Part shown: one piece after another, positions 24,750 to 35,534 of the stretch | Numbering within the stretch: the stretch's first letter is position 1 | Layout of the letters: every line of letters begins with the position of its first letter | NCBI GenBank assembly: GCA_965644295.1 | Contig: CBFFRP010000320.1 | Span: 1 to 40,155 of the forward strand | Length of the DNA: 40,155 nucleotides | Direction: 5' to 3' | Source: Paraphysomonas bandaiensis | Lineage: Eukaryota > Protista > Chrysophyceae | Notes under the pieces: generated by a model | The model's database searches: none | The model's input: the letters and a program-made list of their open reading frames with translations, nothing else | What the model was told of the DNA's origin: nothing | Translations under genes and position numbers: made by a program

Positions 24750-26210
24750 CGGATTTACCAGCGCTGTGTTATATATTCCTTCCATTGCCATTGGTGTAGT
24801 TTGATCGATATGTTCTATACAACATTGGAGGACTAACCAGAAATTATACATTGAGGTAATATTTCTACGAGAGGGATATGCGATAATCTCTAATCTACAC
24901 TAAAATTCGCTGCGTGGTAATCTGAACACCTTCACATCTGCGTATCAGCTTACTATACGCTCACAAGTCACCAGTCAATATACCACAGAACGAAAACTAC
25001 CTTCTATAGTCAATGTCATATATTAACAACAGAATTTAATTCATTTTGTCACTAACTTCATGCTTTCCTACTATACGATAACTTCTCCATAGTGTAGTGT
25101 TAAATCTCTTCACAATTGCACAATGTTAGCCTATAATACATAATACAGCTCCTCAGTATTGCACTCAATGAATTGCAAAACACTACTTTGGTATTTCGTA
25201 CATATTACCACCACTTCTCATGAGACACTAATAGGTGCACGCATGACTCCGCCTGTAGCATACAAAGCTAGCATTATGATATATGCAGATATGCAGTTCA
25301 TACTCCGTATCTAATATATATCACAAGAGTATACGCAACCATAGGTCCTCATGGGGCGCAGAAGGATGCATGAAGACTCCACCGTACAGCAAGCTTAAGT
25401 CACATATTCATTCCAAATTAGTTTCGACGGCTTAGGCAGCTCTGCAATAATCTATTTTGTAACCTTGAATATATCCCTACAAATTTGCTCTCTCTGTTAA
25501 CTTGTGCAATACATACTGGACCTCGTGATGCCTATGTGTATATTGTACATCTGTTGTCGACTACTCACATAAAATACTGCGCTATATTAAACTGCTATGT
25601 TCAGAATTTCTCATGATCTCCAATCTTAGGAGACTTGATATCAACATGCTTCGATCTCCTCGTTAAACAATAAGCTGTCCTGTCAGCACATCTGCAACCT
25701 TATGACTGTCACTAATATGCACCACCAGAAAAATAAATATCTAGTTTTATTCTGATAAATGCATCGTGCTTCAGCGACATAGTATTAACATACACCGACC
25801 GATCCGATTTGTATCACTCACGATTAGACATCAGACATATCCCTGTCCAGTCACGGCGCTGTGAACATCGAGTCAAATTAGACCAGGCTTCTTGATACGG
25901 GTACCTTTTTCACTCATCTATATTCACAGCCCCAAACCAAAACTAAACTGCAATATAGTATGTTTCTCTTCAGCGACCGGATCAAGCTATCAAGTCAATT
26001 CATAAGAGCAGTCTCGTCGGAGGGTACAATGCAGTGCGAACGTCTGCGAACACTCCAGCAGCTCAGTTTTTAAACTCGAAACATAATTATCTCTGGGCCT
26101 GTATAAGAGGTGGATCCCATGAAACCATCGCTCCTGCAATCTACAATAACCATATCCTCAGCTTCATGATCATCAGTCGTAATGACATGATCTTCATAAC
26201 TCTCACTCAT
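24750..26210 (-). pseudogene. Heavily decayed inverted paralog of the adjacent kinase-like gene
   Basis: Begins MSESYEDHVITTDDHEAEDMVIVD (vs MSESYEDHVTTTDEHEAEDMVIAD) and stops after ~46 codons. Beyond that there are only faint colinear traces (CIYQ vs CIHQ; ILDTEYELH vs ILLAVYKFH; MAME..VNP vs MSIE..ANP). Confidence 0.4.
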
Positions 26211-26742
26211 GACTCAATCCACCGCAGAGTACTCTCCGCGCTGGCGTAGAGGAAGTCGATGATAGTATGTATTATTAATATATGTAACTATGCTCCACTG
26301 GTGGAAACAGTCGCATATTTGTACAGTGTAGTGCACTGAAAAGGGACAGTATTATGAGGATGTGGTCTTGGAATTCCTGGTTTCTAGATGCGTATCTATG
26401 TATGTGATATACAGAGAGTATACTGCTGTAGATATGTGATGACCCTCTGAGATACTGCAAAAAAGATAGACGTTGGAGACAGGAGGAGCAGCACAGTATG
26501 TGTCAGAATTCCTTGCAATATGAACAGCAGGAGTGTGTGATTCCACCAGGAGAGCACAACCAGATTGATACGCGACTAGACTATCATCGACTTCCTCCAC
26601 GCCAGCACAGATACTCCTCGACGACAATTGGATTCTGGCGGAGAGTACTCTGCGGTGGATTGAGTCATGAGTGAGAGTTATGAAGATCATGTGACTACGA
26701 CTGATGAGCATGAAGCGGAGGATATGGTTATTGCAGATCGCA
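26135..26742. repeat. Inverted repeat: arms ~26135-26266 and ~26580-26742
   Basis: The reverse complement of 26641-26742 matches 26135-26236 at roughly 90%. The match continues across a ~30-bp deletion. Confidence 0.9.
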
Positions 26743-28513
26743 CGAGTCTTGGTACTTATACAGACTCCCCGCAAAATTCTGATGAGCTCTCTGCTGGGGA
26801 CTGTATATTTTTTCTGAACTCCCTAGATCCCATGGATCTGAGAAAAGATTTTAACTCAGAGGAGGTGGAAGTTAGCTCAGTGGATATGGAAGTTAGCTCA
26901 GTGGATATGGAAGTTAGCTCAGTGGATATGGAAGTTAGCTCAGTGGATATGGAAGTACCTAGTTACCAATATGTATTGAAGGACTCTCTCGATGTTGAAG
27001 TTCGTGTGGAAGGAAGTTGGTACCTGGTAGTGCAAAACGGGGGTGAAATTTGGTTGACGGATGAGCACCCGGCCTACGAATTGCGGCCTGATGACGGTGA
27101 AATTGAGATATCTTGCTATGGCATCGCATATCAGCTCACCTTGGATCGTGACTCTAGGTTGTCGGGTGTATTTTGTCGGGCCAAAGACCAGAATGGAGAA
27201 TACGTAAAAAAGTACTACAGTCGGCATGAAGTGAATGGAAGCATATCGATATCCCCCGCCAATGTGGCGCCGGGGACAGCATGTTTCTATCTTTTCACCC
27301 CTTGTATTGAGTTCTCAGAGAACCTAGTTGTACATGACTACGAGGTCAAACGTCTTCTTGTAGGTAATCGCAATCCAATCTGCTTACTTCCTACAAGTGG
27401 CGACAATTTAGCTACGTACGAAATTAGTCAATGTATTCATCAAAGTGACAGTGGAACTCTTATATATGTTGTTTATCCTCTTGTGGCCACAGACACACTA
27501 GAACTCCAGCGGGAAGAGGAGCGTACAGCTGTCATGAGTGATATATATAAAAAGTTTATAATTAAGTGTTTCCCGGTGGACAAATGTCGCACTTATGGAG
27601 ATAACTTCTACCGGGAGATGGCTGCTTACAATCACTCTAGTAGTATACATGAAAATGACGTATTAATGAGACAGGTGTGCTTATTCTTACTTTGAGCTCT
27701 TCTCTAATATATTTACAGGAGAGTGTTATAAACATAGTGAAAGAGAGGTTTCGTATCTTCGTGTTGCCGGTTGTGTGTAATTATGGGTGCATCAATGACA
27801 ACTTTAATATTGGAAGTACGAACGATTCACTGGTGCCCTTGAGAAATACCTATGCGGATATTTCGTTTGGAGAAGGTGATCAGGAAAGATGGGCGTTAAT
27901 GCGAATGCATGATATATTGCTCGCGGTCTACAAGTTTCATGGGGGGAATATGGGTCACAGAGAGATATCTCTGAAAAACTTCCTGTGGTATTCACGCGTT
28001 GGGACTACGCGGCGCAGTACCGATGGTACTGTGCTTTGTGACTATGGGAAGGCGGTTAACCTGCCGAGTATATCATCTGAGTGCGTACCTTCTGTTCTGA
28101 CGGCAGCAGAGTGGATCTACCGTAGTCCGGAGGAAATCGACGAGCCCAACCAATGGATAAATCCGAAATCTGTTGATATGTGGAGACTAGGAGTGGTATT
28201 CTGTCACCTTCTCACGAATTATGCACCATTTTACAGTTATGAATCAAAATTGGACGATTCTTGGGAAGCCGTTGGTGACGTGCTAGGTGGCAGCTGGGCT
28301 GTGAACAACGACACGTACATGAAGAATAACATAGATTCGCTTGATATACCGGATGATAAAAAGGAATTCCTGTGCAGAGATACTGATGTGTACACACGAG
28401 CATTACTCTTTGGACTTATTGCACGTTGTGATGACCGTATGTCCATAGAGAATGCTATTTGTGTGTTCAACGCAAATCCCCGCGTTAGTGTGAAAATACC
28501 GGTACATATATAG
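26667..28513 (+). CDS. Divergent Ser/Thr protein kinase-like protein, possible pseudokinase (exons 26667-27674, 27719-28513)
   Basis: FIIK, REMA, HREISLKN (catalytic loop), LCDYG, YRSPEE, VDMWRLGVV, DDRMSI. A 44-nt GT..AG intron joins the ORFs in phase. Confidence 0.8.
26866..26956 (+). repeat. 21-bp coding tandem repeat x4.3 (EVSSVDM)
   Basis: Perfect copies of TGGAAGTTAGCTCAGTGGATA. Confidence 0.95.
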
Positions 28514-28793
28514 AATGATAGACTGTCTGTGCAATATGTTTGTTCTTGTGAACTAATAGGTTTATTATATCGAATGATATTGTGAATATATGGTTTGAAC
28601 GCAATAGTTGTGGCAGCCATTGTTAGCTCCTCTATATGATAGATATATTTAAGTTGCTTCAATGTGTGAAATTTGGACATATCGCTGAAGTTAATATCTT
28701 ATTACACGTTGCACACAATGCTGGATTCTCAGATATGAACTTCAAGAAACACTTGTGATTATCGAAGATGTTATTACAACATAACTCATATTA

Positions 28794-28881
28794 AACGTCT
28801 TTTTATTTAGCAATAGGCGTTAGAAACCTGTACCAATATAGTGGTTAGTTGAATGCTAGTCATGCTAGTTTGACCTCTACC
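28794..28881 (-). mobile_element. Older diverged 3'-end fragment of the same LINE family as 29067-31643, cut by the Copia-B LTR
   Basis: Reverse complement aligns with 31548-31637 (TTATTTAGCAATAGGCGTT, GAATGCTAGTCAT-CTAGTT, GACC-CTACC). Confidence 0.8.
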
Positions 28882-29066
28882 TATTAGAATATGGATCTTA
28901 TTCTAGTATATTCAGTATGTCACTTGAAGACAATGTACGAGAATACAGTGAAATATAGTGATGTACAAATGCTGTAATGATATTGAGAAACTGAAATAGT
29001 TTGATCTTTCAAGATATGTTCAGTAACGAGAGGTTCGCATATGTAGGATATTATGCAGGGATTATA

Positions 29067-31643
29067 GAGTCGATACATTACCTCGGAGCAGACCTTCCTC
29101 TCACAATCACAGACAAGGCCTCCCATGACTGGTGTCTAAAATACCTGAAAGTCGTGACCACACACCTAGGGATTAAACAGGCCTCAGCCGGCTGTAAAGT
29201 CATGGTTATCGAGACCCAAATCATACCGACTTTGCTCTATAGAGCCACCAAAGCTTCATGGCCGCTACACTGGTACAGAGAAATTGACGCTGCTTGTGCA
29301 ACCCTCTACAGAAAGGCCCTCAGTCTAGGCCCTGGATACCCCACGGAACTGATCTACCTCTCACTCAAGCACAACGGATTAGGTATGAAACGTTTCTCAG
29401 ACTCGGCGCAGGAGCAAAAATGGGGATCTCTACAGCGCGCAATAACCCTCGGGGGAGAAGCAGGTCAAGCAGCACATTTTCTACTCACTCAGACAACAGA
29501 GCCACAGCCCCAATACCACCACTATGCTCTCAGCCTCAGGGAATGGGGAACGGAATTGGGCCTTACCCTTCAGGAACCTGAGCCCCCCGAACCACAGGAT
29601 GAACACATGCTGACCAACCTAAAACAAGAACTCGGCCTTAATAGTGTCCAACCAGATACTTTCAAGGCTATCTTCACAGATGGATCATACACAGCCAGTG
29701 CGCTCTCCACGCGTCGCCTCACTCATGTCAATCCGCGAACACGATGGACACACCGAGGAGGTGCAGCGGTCGTCTACTTACCCCCAGAAAATGCCTGGGA
29801 AGATGGTACAACCACAATACTACGACTAGATACACCCTTTCGTGACGTGCCCGGTTTGGACTCATACGCATATGAACTCATAGGCACAGCCATGGGGCTT
29901 ATACTCTCAACACGTATTCCCGAACACATAAGAAGCCACACAGACTGTCAGGCAGTGTGCACCCGCACTGAGGAAGCACTCTCCACAAGACGCAGAGCTC
30001 TCGGTCACCGTGCAAAAGGGGTACTACTCGAAAGCATCGCGGCCAGCAGAGATTGCAAACGACAGGTGACCTGGGTGAGGTCTCATCCCGAACGACGTAC
30101 CACAGATGAAACGGAGTGGACGTTTGAGGACAAGGGCATCTATATTGCTGACGCAGTTGCGGGTGAAGACTGGCATGAAGTCGATCGCATCCTTGGAAAA
30201 AATAACTACACTGTCTGTACAATTGCGATTGACAGTGCCATCGAACGCTTACTAACTGCTGGATTATGGCACTGGCGTATGCACAGTACAAGACGGCCAT
30301 ACTACTCTAGCCCACTCCTTACTAATTTCCAGGATCTCTGCGACCTAAGGACACTTGAGAACTACACTTCAACCAGAGATCAACGCTACGGACACAATCC
30401 TGATCGAGCGCCTGGCTACTGGACCAATAGCGGAGTACACCTCCCGCGCAAACTCGCTCAAGCGGATGGCAGTGCATCCAAAGACAAACTCAGCTCAAAT
30501 CTACGCCAAAGAATACTCAACACGGCACTGACATGGGACAAATCTTTCTGCATAGGGAGGAACCGGGCCAAAACCAAACAGGGGCTTGACCTGACCAAAG
30601 CCGCATGCTCTGACTGCGGGTTTCGACTAGATTCCCTAAAACATATGTGCCTCGACTGCACACATGAATCCATCACCCAAATAAGGGAAACTGCATTTCA
30701 ATCGCATAAAAATGTGCTCCACGAAATACAGAGAACTCAGACCTTACCCAACTGGATCACATCTGCACTACGGAGACTCTCCAGCAGAGCCTGGAATCCC
30801 TCCATCCCACAGGTCGAGAGATACTGGACTGGAACCATCACAGCAGCCCAACTGGAAACGGTATTCGGAGATGCCATACACAACCACCTGACGGCACACA
30901 GTCTACGGAACCTAGAAACAGCGGTTATTAATCTCCTGCAACCGCTTTACACTGCAGCGAAGCTTATGTTACAGGATCGCGGTTGTCGCTATATCACCAT
31001 GTCCAAAAGGCCGCCCAGGCTACTCCCGAGACCCCGTCCGAAACGCAGTCAGTCAAGACAACGCCCGAGAGTCCTTCGCTTACTAGGGGTCCAACGACGA
31101 CCCCCCACAGCGTATCCGACTCCAGACACACGTGCACACCTCACAGGTCCTACCCAACAGAGCACTGGACTGCCCAGACCTCCACAACGCCGACGGCTTC
31201 GACAACTCTATCTACACCCGCGGCCCCACAGGAGCACAGTAACACAGACTACAAACCCTACCCCTCCTCCCAACAATCCCCACCACCCTCAACCCACACA
31301 TCTGGAACTAGGTGCACTCAAGACCCTAATTCAGAACGCTGAGCCCCCTCCAAAACCAATGGAGACCCATCCCAAAGGGAGACCCCCAGATCAATAGCGC
31401 CGGTGAGTCCCAGGACACACGATCATGGCGAGCCTCATAACACACACTAAGAACGGAAGTGGTTGCACCTTGGTGCTTGCGGCGACGCACAAGCAGCTTC
31501 TGTAGCGTTAAATAGTAGGATAAAAGAGTTTGTATTGATTAGTTACGGGTAGTGGTCTACTAACTAGTATGACTAGCATTCTTCTAGCCACTAATTGATG
31601 CAAGGTCTCAACGCCTATTGCTAAATAATCAGACATTCACTAC
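29067..31643 (+). mobile_element. 5'-truncated non-LTR retrotransposon (LINE) with RT C-terminus, RNase H and CCHC finger
   Basis: 13-bp TSD TGCAGGGATTATA (29054-29066 and 31644-31656). RT thumb HYLG...NGLGM; RNase H IFTDGS, YELIG, HTDCQ, WVRSHP, IADAVA; zinc finger CSDC..DSLKHMCLDC. GC-richer than the flanks. ORF ends at 31397. Confidence 0.93.
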
Positions 31644-31748
31644 TGCAGGGATTATAATGAGTTAGTGTTGGTTATCACAACTTCGTGTAAACGATATTAA
31701 TAAATCTATCTAGTCTTACGACAAATTCTCTCTGTGATCTAGCTTAAA

Positions 31749-33356
31749 ATGAGCAATTGTCAATATGGTAGCGAGCGAGGAGGAGAGAAGGAGGATAGAG
31801 GAGTAGTCCCACAGTTTAATGAGAGCAATGTTGAACAATGGATTGAAGACTTCGAAACGTTCCTCATGAGGAAAGAGCAAAGTGAGGTAGCGGTGGAGCC
31901 ACCACCGAAGGAAAGCGACTTCGGGGAACAGCCACTCACGTTAATGGAGGAGAAGTCTTACAGACAGGCTGTGAAGAAGCACTGGAAGGCGAATGCCATA
32001 GCGTATTCGTACTGCAGAGAGGCAGTGCAAACATCTTCGAAGGCGCTTCAGAAATTCCATCTTCTACATAAAGGGTTCAAGGCTGATGGAAAAGGAAGCA
32101 ACAGGTTTAAGGCGCATAATATGATTGATGAGTTGAAGAAGTGCTTTGCTGGAGGGAAGCAAAACAAGATCAGTGAGCTGTGGACTCAGTATGGCTCTTT
32201 CCGTATGCGTCCGGAGAAGACTGCGAAGGACTATATAATACGGTTTGAAATACTGCTGAAAGAGCTACAGGAGCAGCAGCAGGACATATCGGAGCTCTCA
32301 AAAATAACACGGATACGAGAAGGTCTGTTAAATAAGGAATATGCTCCTTTGAATGTTGCTTTGTACTTTATGCCTGATGATGTGGATTATGCAACATTAT
32401 CAGGGAAGATAGAACGGTATGATGATACCATTCCTGGAAGGATTGCGTTAGAGCGGAAACGCAAGAAGGTGGAGGAGCTGAATTTCATTGAAAAGAGCAA
32501 ACGGTCTCGAACAGAACGGGATAAGCGTAAGAAGGGCAATTGTAGATATTGCAGGAAAGAAGGAATTCCTCATAGCCATTCAACTGAACAGTGCAGGAGG
32601 AAGCAGAGGAAGAAGGATGAAGAGATATCAGGGCAGCGTTCTGGAAGTGCTGAGTATACGGGATGCAGAAATTGCAAGTCTCTGGAACATTTTGCTGCTT
32701 ATTGTCCAACGACGAAGAAAAAGCAAGAGGAGAGAAAGGGAAGAATCATGGTAGGAAGCTGGACAAAAGGCTGCGCTGACAGTAGAGAATATACGGCGTG
32801 GAGAACCAGCAGATTTCTCTGATGAAGATGAAGCTAATATGATCGAGGATGTTATGAAATTGTCATGCAATATACATGAAACGAATATATGTAGTGTAAA
32901 TGATGACATGCATTATACGTATATTGACACCTGCTGTTCATCATCGATGTTCTTGATGAATGATGTGAACATGCTTGATACTCATATGAATACATCAAAG
33001 GTGATAAACGGCTCTAAGAAGGGATCAGAGATTCATATCACAAGTGTGGGTTCCCGTGGAGCATGGAGAGACATAGAAATTTCAGATCAGATCAATCAAT
33101 GCCTGTGCTCCGGACGTAAGCTGAACGAAATGGGCTATCGATTCACGGTGTGGTATGGGATCCAAATTTATGACTGTAATACTGGTGAGCTGGTACTGGA
33201 GGGACCCATGAAGAATGGAATGACTGCAGTTCCAACTCAGCAGCTGTTGGAGCTTCCAGATGTGTCTACACCGAGTAATTGTAAAGTAAATCCTAGCGAT
33301 AGGACTGGTGAGGACGAGCTGGAATTGCTGCATCGGAGAGCGGGTCACTTCAACAA
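31749..33356 (+). pseudogene. Copia-B gag-protease-integrase N-terminus, frameshifted near 32740-32780 and cut by the Gypsy insertion
   Basis: Colinear with Copia-A up to LHRRAGHFN, then switches abruptly to the TGTAACG LTR. Confidence 0.9.
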
Positions 33357-33818
33357 TGTAACGCAGTACTGGTTATTTTCTGCGTTGGTAGTAGTATTAT
33401 ATGTTACTCTTCTGTTGTACTCTCTAACACGTACAGAGTGTTTTCGTATTTTCAGTTTTCAGTTACATATTCAGTTTCTACTTTTTCAGTGTATACACGG
33501 AGTGTTGAAGCTGTACATACGTACCGGATAAAATACTTCTGATCTGGTGTGTTGTGTGCTGAAGTGAAATGCTGAACATGATGTTGTATGTGTGTGTTAC
33601 TGTAGAGTTGTATAGCAGTGTTACTCACTTTTCTATTACACGTTTTAAATAACGATTTATTTAAATTCTTTCGCGGTTTGCGTCTGAGTTGAGGAACATC
33701 ACCCGCTGGTGAGTTCAACAGTGTAGCAGCCCGCTGGCGTGCACTTAAAATCTTTTTAAAACGTTATAGATCAGTGTTGTTTTTTTGTGAGCATACGTTG
33801 TTCTTAAGAACAACTACA
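33357..33818 (+). repeat. Gypsy 5' LTR (right end uncertain, ~33812-33849)
   Basis: 33357-33800 matches 39712-40155. Confidence 0.85.
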
Positions 33819-33896
33819 GTAATATTACTCTGTTGATAAGAACAATACATTAAACATTCATTGTGTTATTGAGCCCTTTGAACTGTTTTAAGAGTC

Positions 33897-35513
33897 ATGG
33901 AGCCTGCAGAAGGAGATGCGAAGACAGAGCTTACTCTGGAAGACTTGATGCAGTATATGCGTGAGCAACGTGAGTATATGGAGCAGCGTTTCGGTGGTAT
34001 AGAACAACGTTTTGGTGATATAGAGCAGCGTTTTCATCAGCAACAGGCGTTCAATGAGCATGTTCAACGGAGTCTTGAGGAGATCAATCAGAGGAGATCT
34101 GGAAGGTCATCGAGAGCTAATTCAGAAATTATACAAGTTGATCAGCTTTCGGAGATACCGTTTGAAGAGTCTAAATTAGATGGTCATGGGAATGGTGAAC
34201 AGCCTGTAGCTGCAACTATTGAGCGACGTGAGCAGCAGTATATTGACCCTGAGTTGTTGCATACGCGCATAGAGAATGCTGTGCGTGAGGGTGTATTGAA
34301 TGCTACTCAAGCTCTCAGGAGTGAAGAGGAGCGACCACCGGTCAGACCTAAACGTCAGACTATTCAGGAAGCACTTCGTGAAATTGATCGTCAACCGAAG
34401 GCTAAAGTTACGTTGACCAAAGAAGATGATTCATACCTGGAGATAAGGTTGTCGGAAATTACTTTAGATGGGTTTTTGGTTTTCTTGGAACGAATTGCTG
34501 AGTTTGAGAAATGTCGTGACAATGGACCAATTCCTTCTGTGTTTACATTGTTGGAAGGCAGGGCTAAGGAAATGATTAGGTTTACGTTGATGGAATTATA
34601 TCCTGATGATTATACTGAACCTTTGGAATGCATAGATGCAAGTGTAACGCGAGTTATTGAGGCAGCGAAGTATCAGTTCAGACCTTTGGATATGATGGAT
34701 TTTAATTCGATGTTGCTTGAGTCGTGTTTGCCGTACAGAGTAACAATGGACAAGTTGGAGGATTTTCGTCGAGTTGATGAGGATCTTTGTATTTTGGAAA
34801 CGAAGTTCAATCAGCGGTATGATTTCTTGGAGGAGGCTGCTAAGATGAACAAACTTGATGAGAGTATACCTTTAGTAACGACTAAGAGAGGTGGTTCGTT
34901 GGAACAGTGGATGAGTCTTATTCCGGCGTGTATGAGAGATACTACTAAGAGACTTATGAGGTCGGAAAATTTCCCTTCAGTAAAAGCTTTTCTGAAAGAA
35001 TTCTTTAAGCAGTTGAAGATTACTAGGGATTTGTCTTTAAAATATAATCAATTCAGAAGTCGTTTTAATTTTCGAACAAAATCGTCTGCGGTAGATAAGC
35101 GACTACACCAAATTGAGCAACAAGTTTCTGACTCAGAATCTGTTAGTGATGAGGAGCAAAACGTACTGAAACATGAAGAAGATTTGTATGCGGCTGAGGT
35201 ATTGAAATCTTCCCCATGTTTTAGAGAATTGACGCAAGATGGTGGGTGCAAAGATAAGTCATGTAAATTTTCACATGATAAAGCTGTTTTGACGGAAGCT
35301 CTTAAGAAGATGACTGAAAGAGTGGGATTAACAGTAATGCCCAAACCAAGTATTAATGCACCACCTCAACGTCGATACAGTAATTCTCCAGCTCAATTGA
35401 AAAGATATCCTGGGGATAGAAAGCGTCCTGGTGATGTACGTATTCTTACCAGAGATCAACCTGATGTTGAAGAGGATCAACAAGGGGATGACAATCCTTT
35501 GGATGACCTTTGA
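33897..35513 (+). CDS. Gypsy Gag with N-terminal coiled-coil and a CCCH-type zinc finger
   Basis: 538-aa ORF after the 5' LTR; EQRFG repeats; CFRELTQDGGCKDKSCKFSH. Confidence 0.85.
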   Translation: MEPAEGDAKTELTLEDLMQYMREQREYMEQRFGGIEQRFGDIEQRFHQQQAFNEHVQRSLEEINQRRSGRSSRANSEIIQVDQLSEIPFEESKLDGHGNGEQPVAATIERREQQYIDPELLHTRIENAVREGVLNATQALRSEEERPPVRPKRQTIQEALREIDRQPKAKVTLTKEDDSYLEIRLSEITLDGFLVFLERIAEFEKCRDNGPIPSVFTLLEGRAKEMIRFTLMELYPDDYTEPLECIDASVTRVIEAAKYQFRPLDMMDFNSMLLESCLPYRVTMDKLEDFRRVDEDLCILETKFNQRYDFLEEAAKMNKLDESIPLVTTKRGGSLEQWMSLIPACMRDTTKRLMRSENFPSVKAFLKEFFKQLKITRDLSLKYNQFRSRFNFRTKSSAVDKRLHQIEQQVSDSESVSDEEQNVLKHEEDLYAAEVLKSSPCFRELTQDGGCKDKSCKFSHDKAVLTEALKKMTERVGLTVMPKPSINAPPQRRYSNSPAQLKRYPGDRKRPGDVRILTRDQPDVEEDQQGDDNPLDDL

Positions 35514-35534
35514 GCACAATCACTGATAGCGGCT

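Larger units (their letters stand above)
28882..33356 (+). mobile_element. Second Ty1/Copia element (Copia-B), related to Copia-A; 5' LTR split (28882-29066 + 31657-31765), pol interrupted at 33356
   Basis: The reconstituted 294-bp LTR aligns with the Copia-A LTR and is followed by the same PBS. Gag and PR are clearly homologous to Copia-A. The remainder should lie beyond the window. Confidence 0.93.

Noticed and set aside
31548-31643. Self-cleaving ribozyme in the LINE 3' end
   Set aside because: No hammerhead (CUGANGA...GAAA) or HDV core could be built by eye.
33452-33718. Duplicated 88-aa ORF (also 39807-40073) as an accessory gene
   Set aside because: It is the antisense reading of the two LTR copies and has no coding features.
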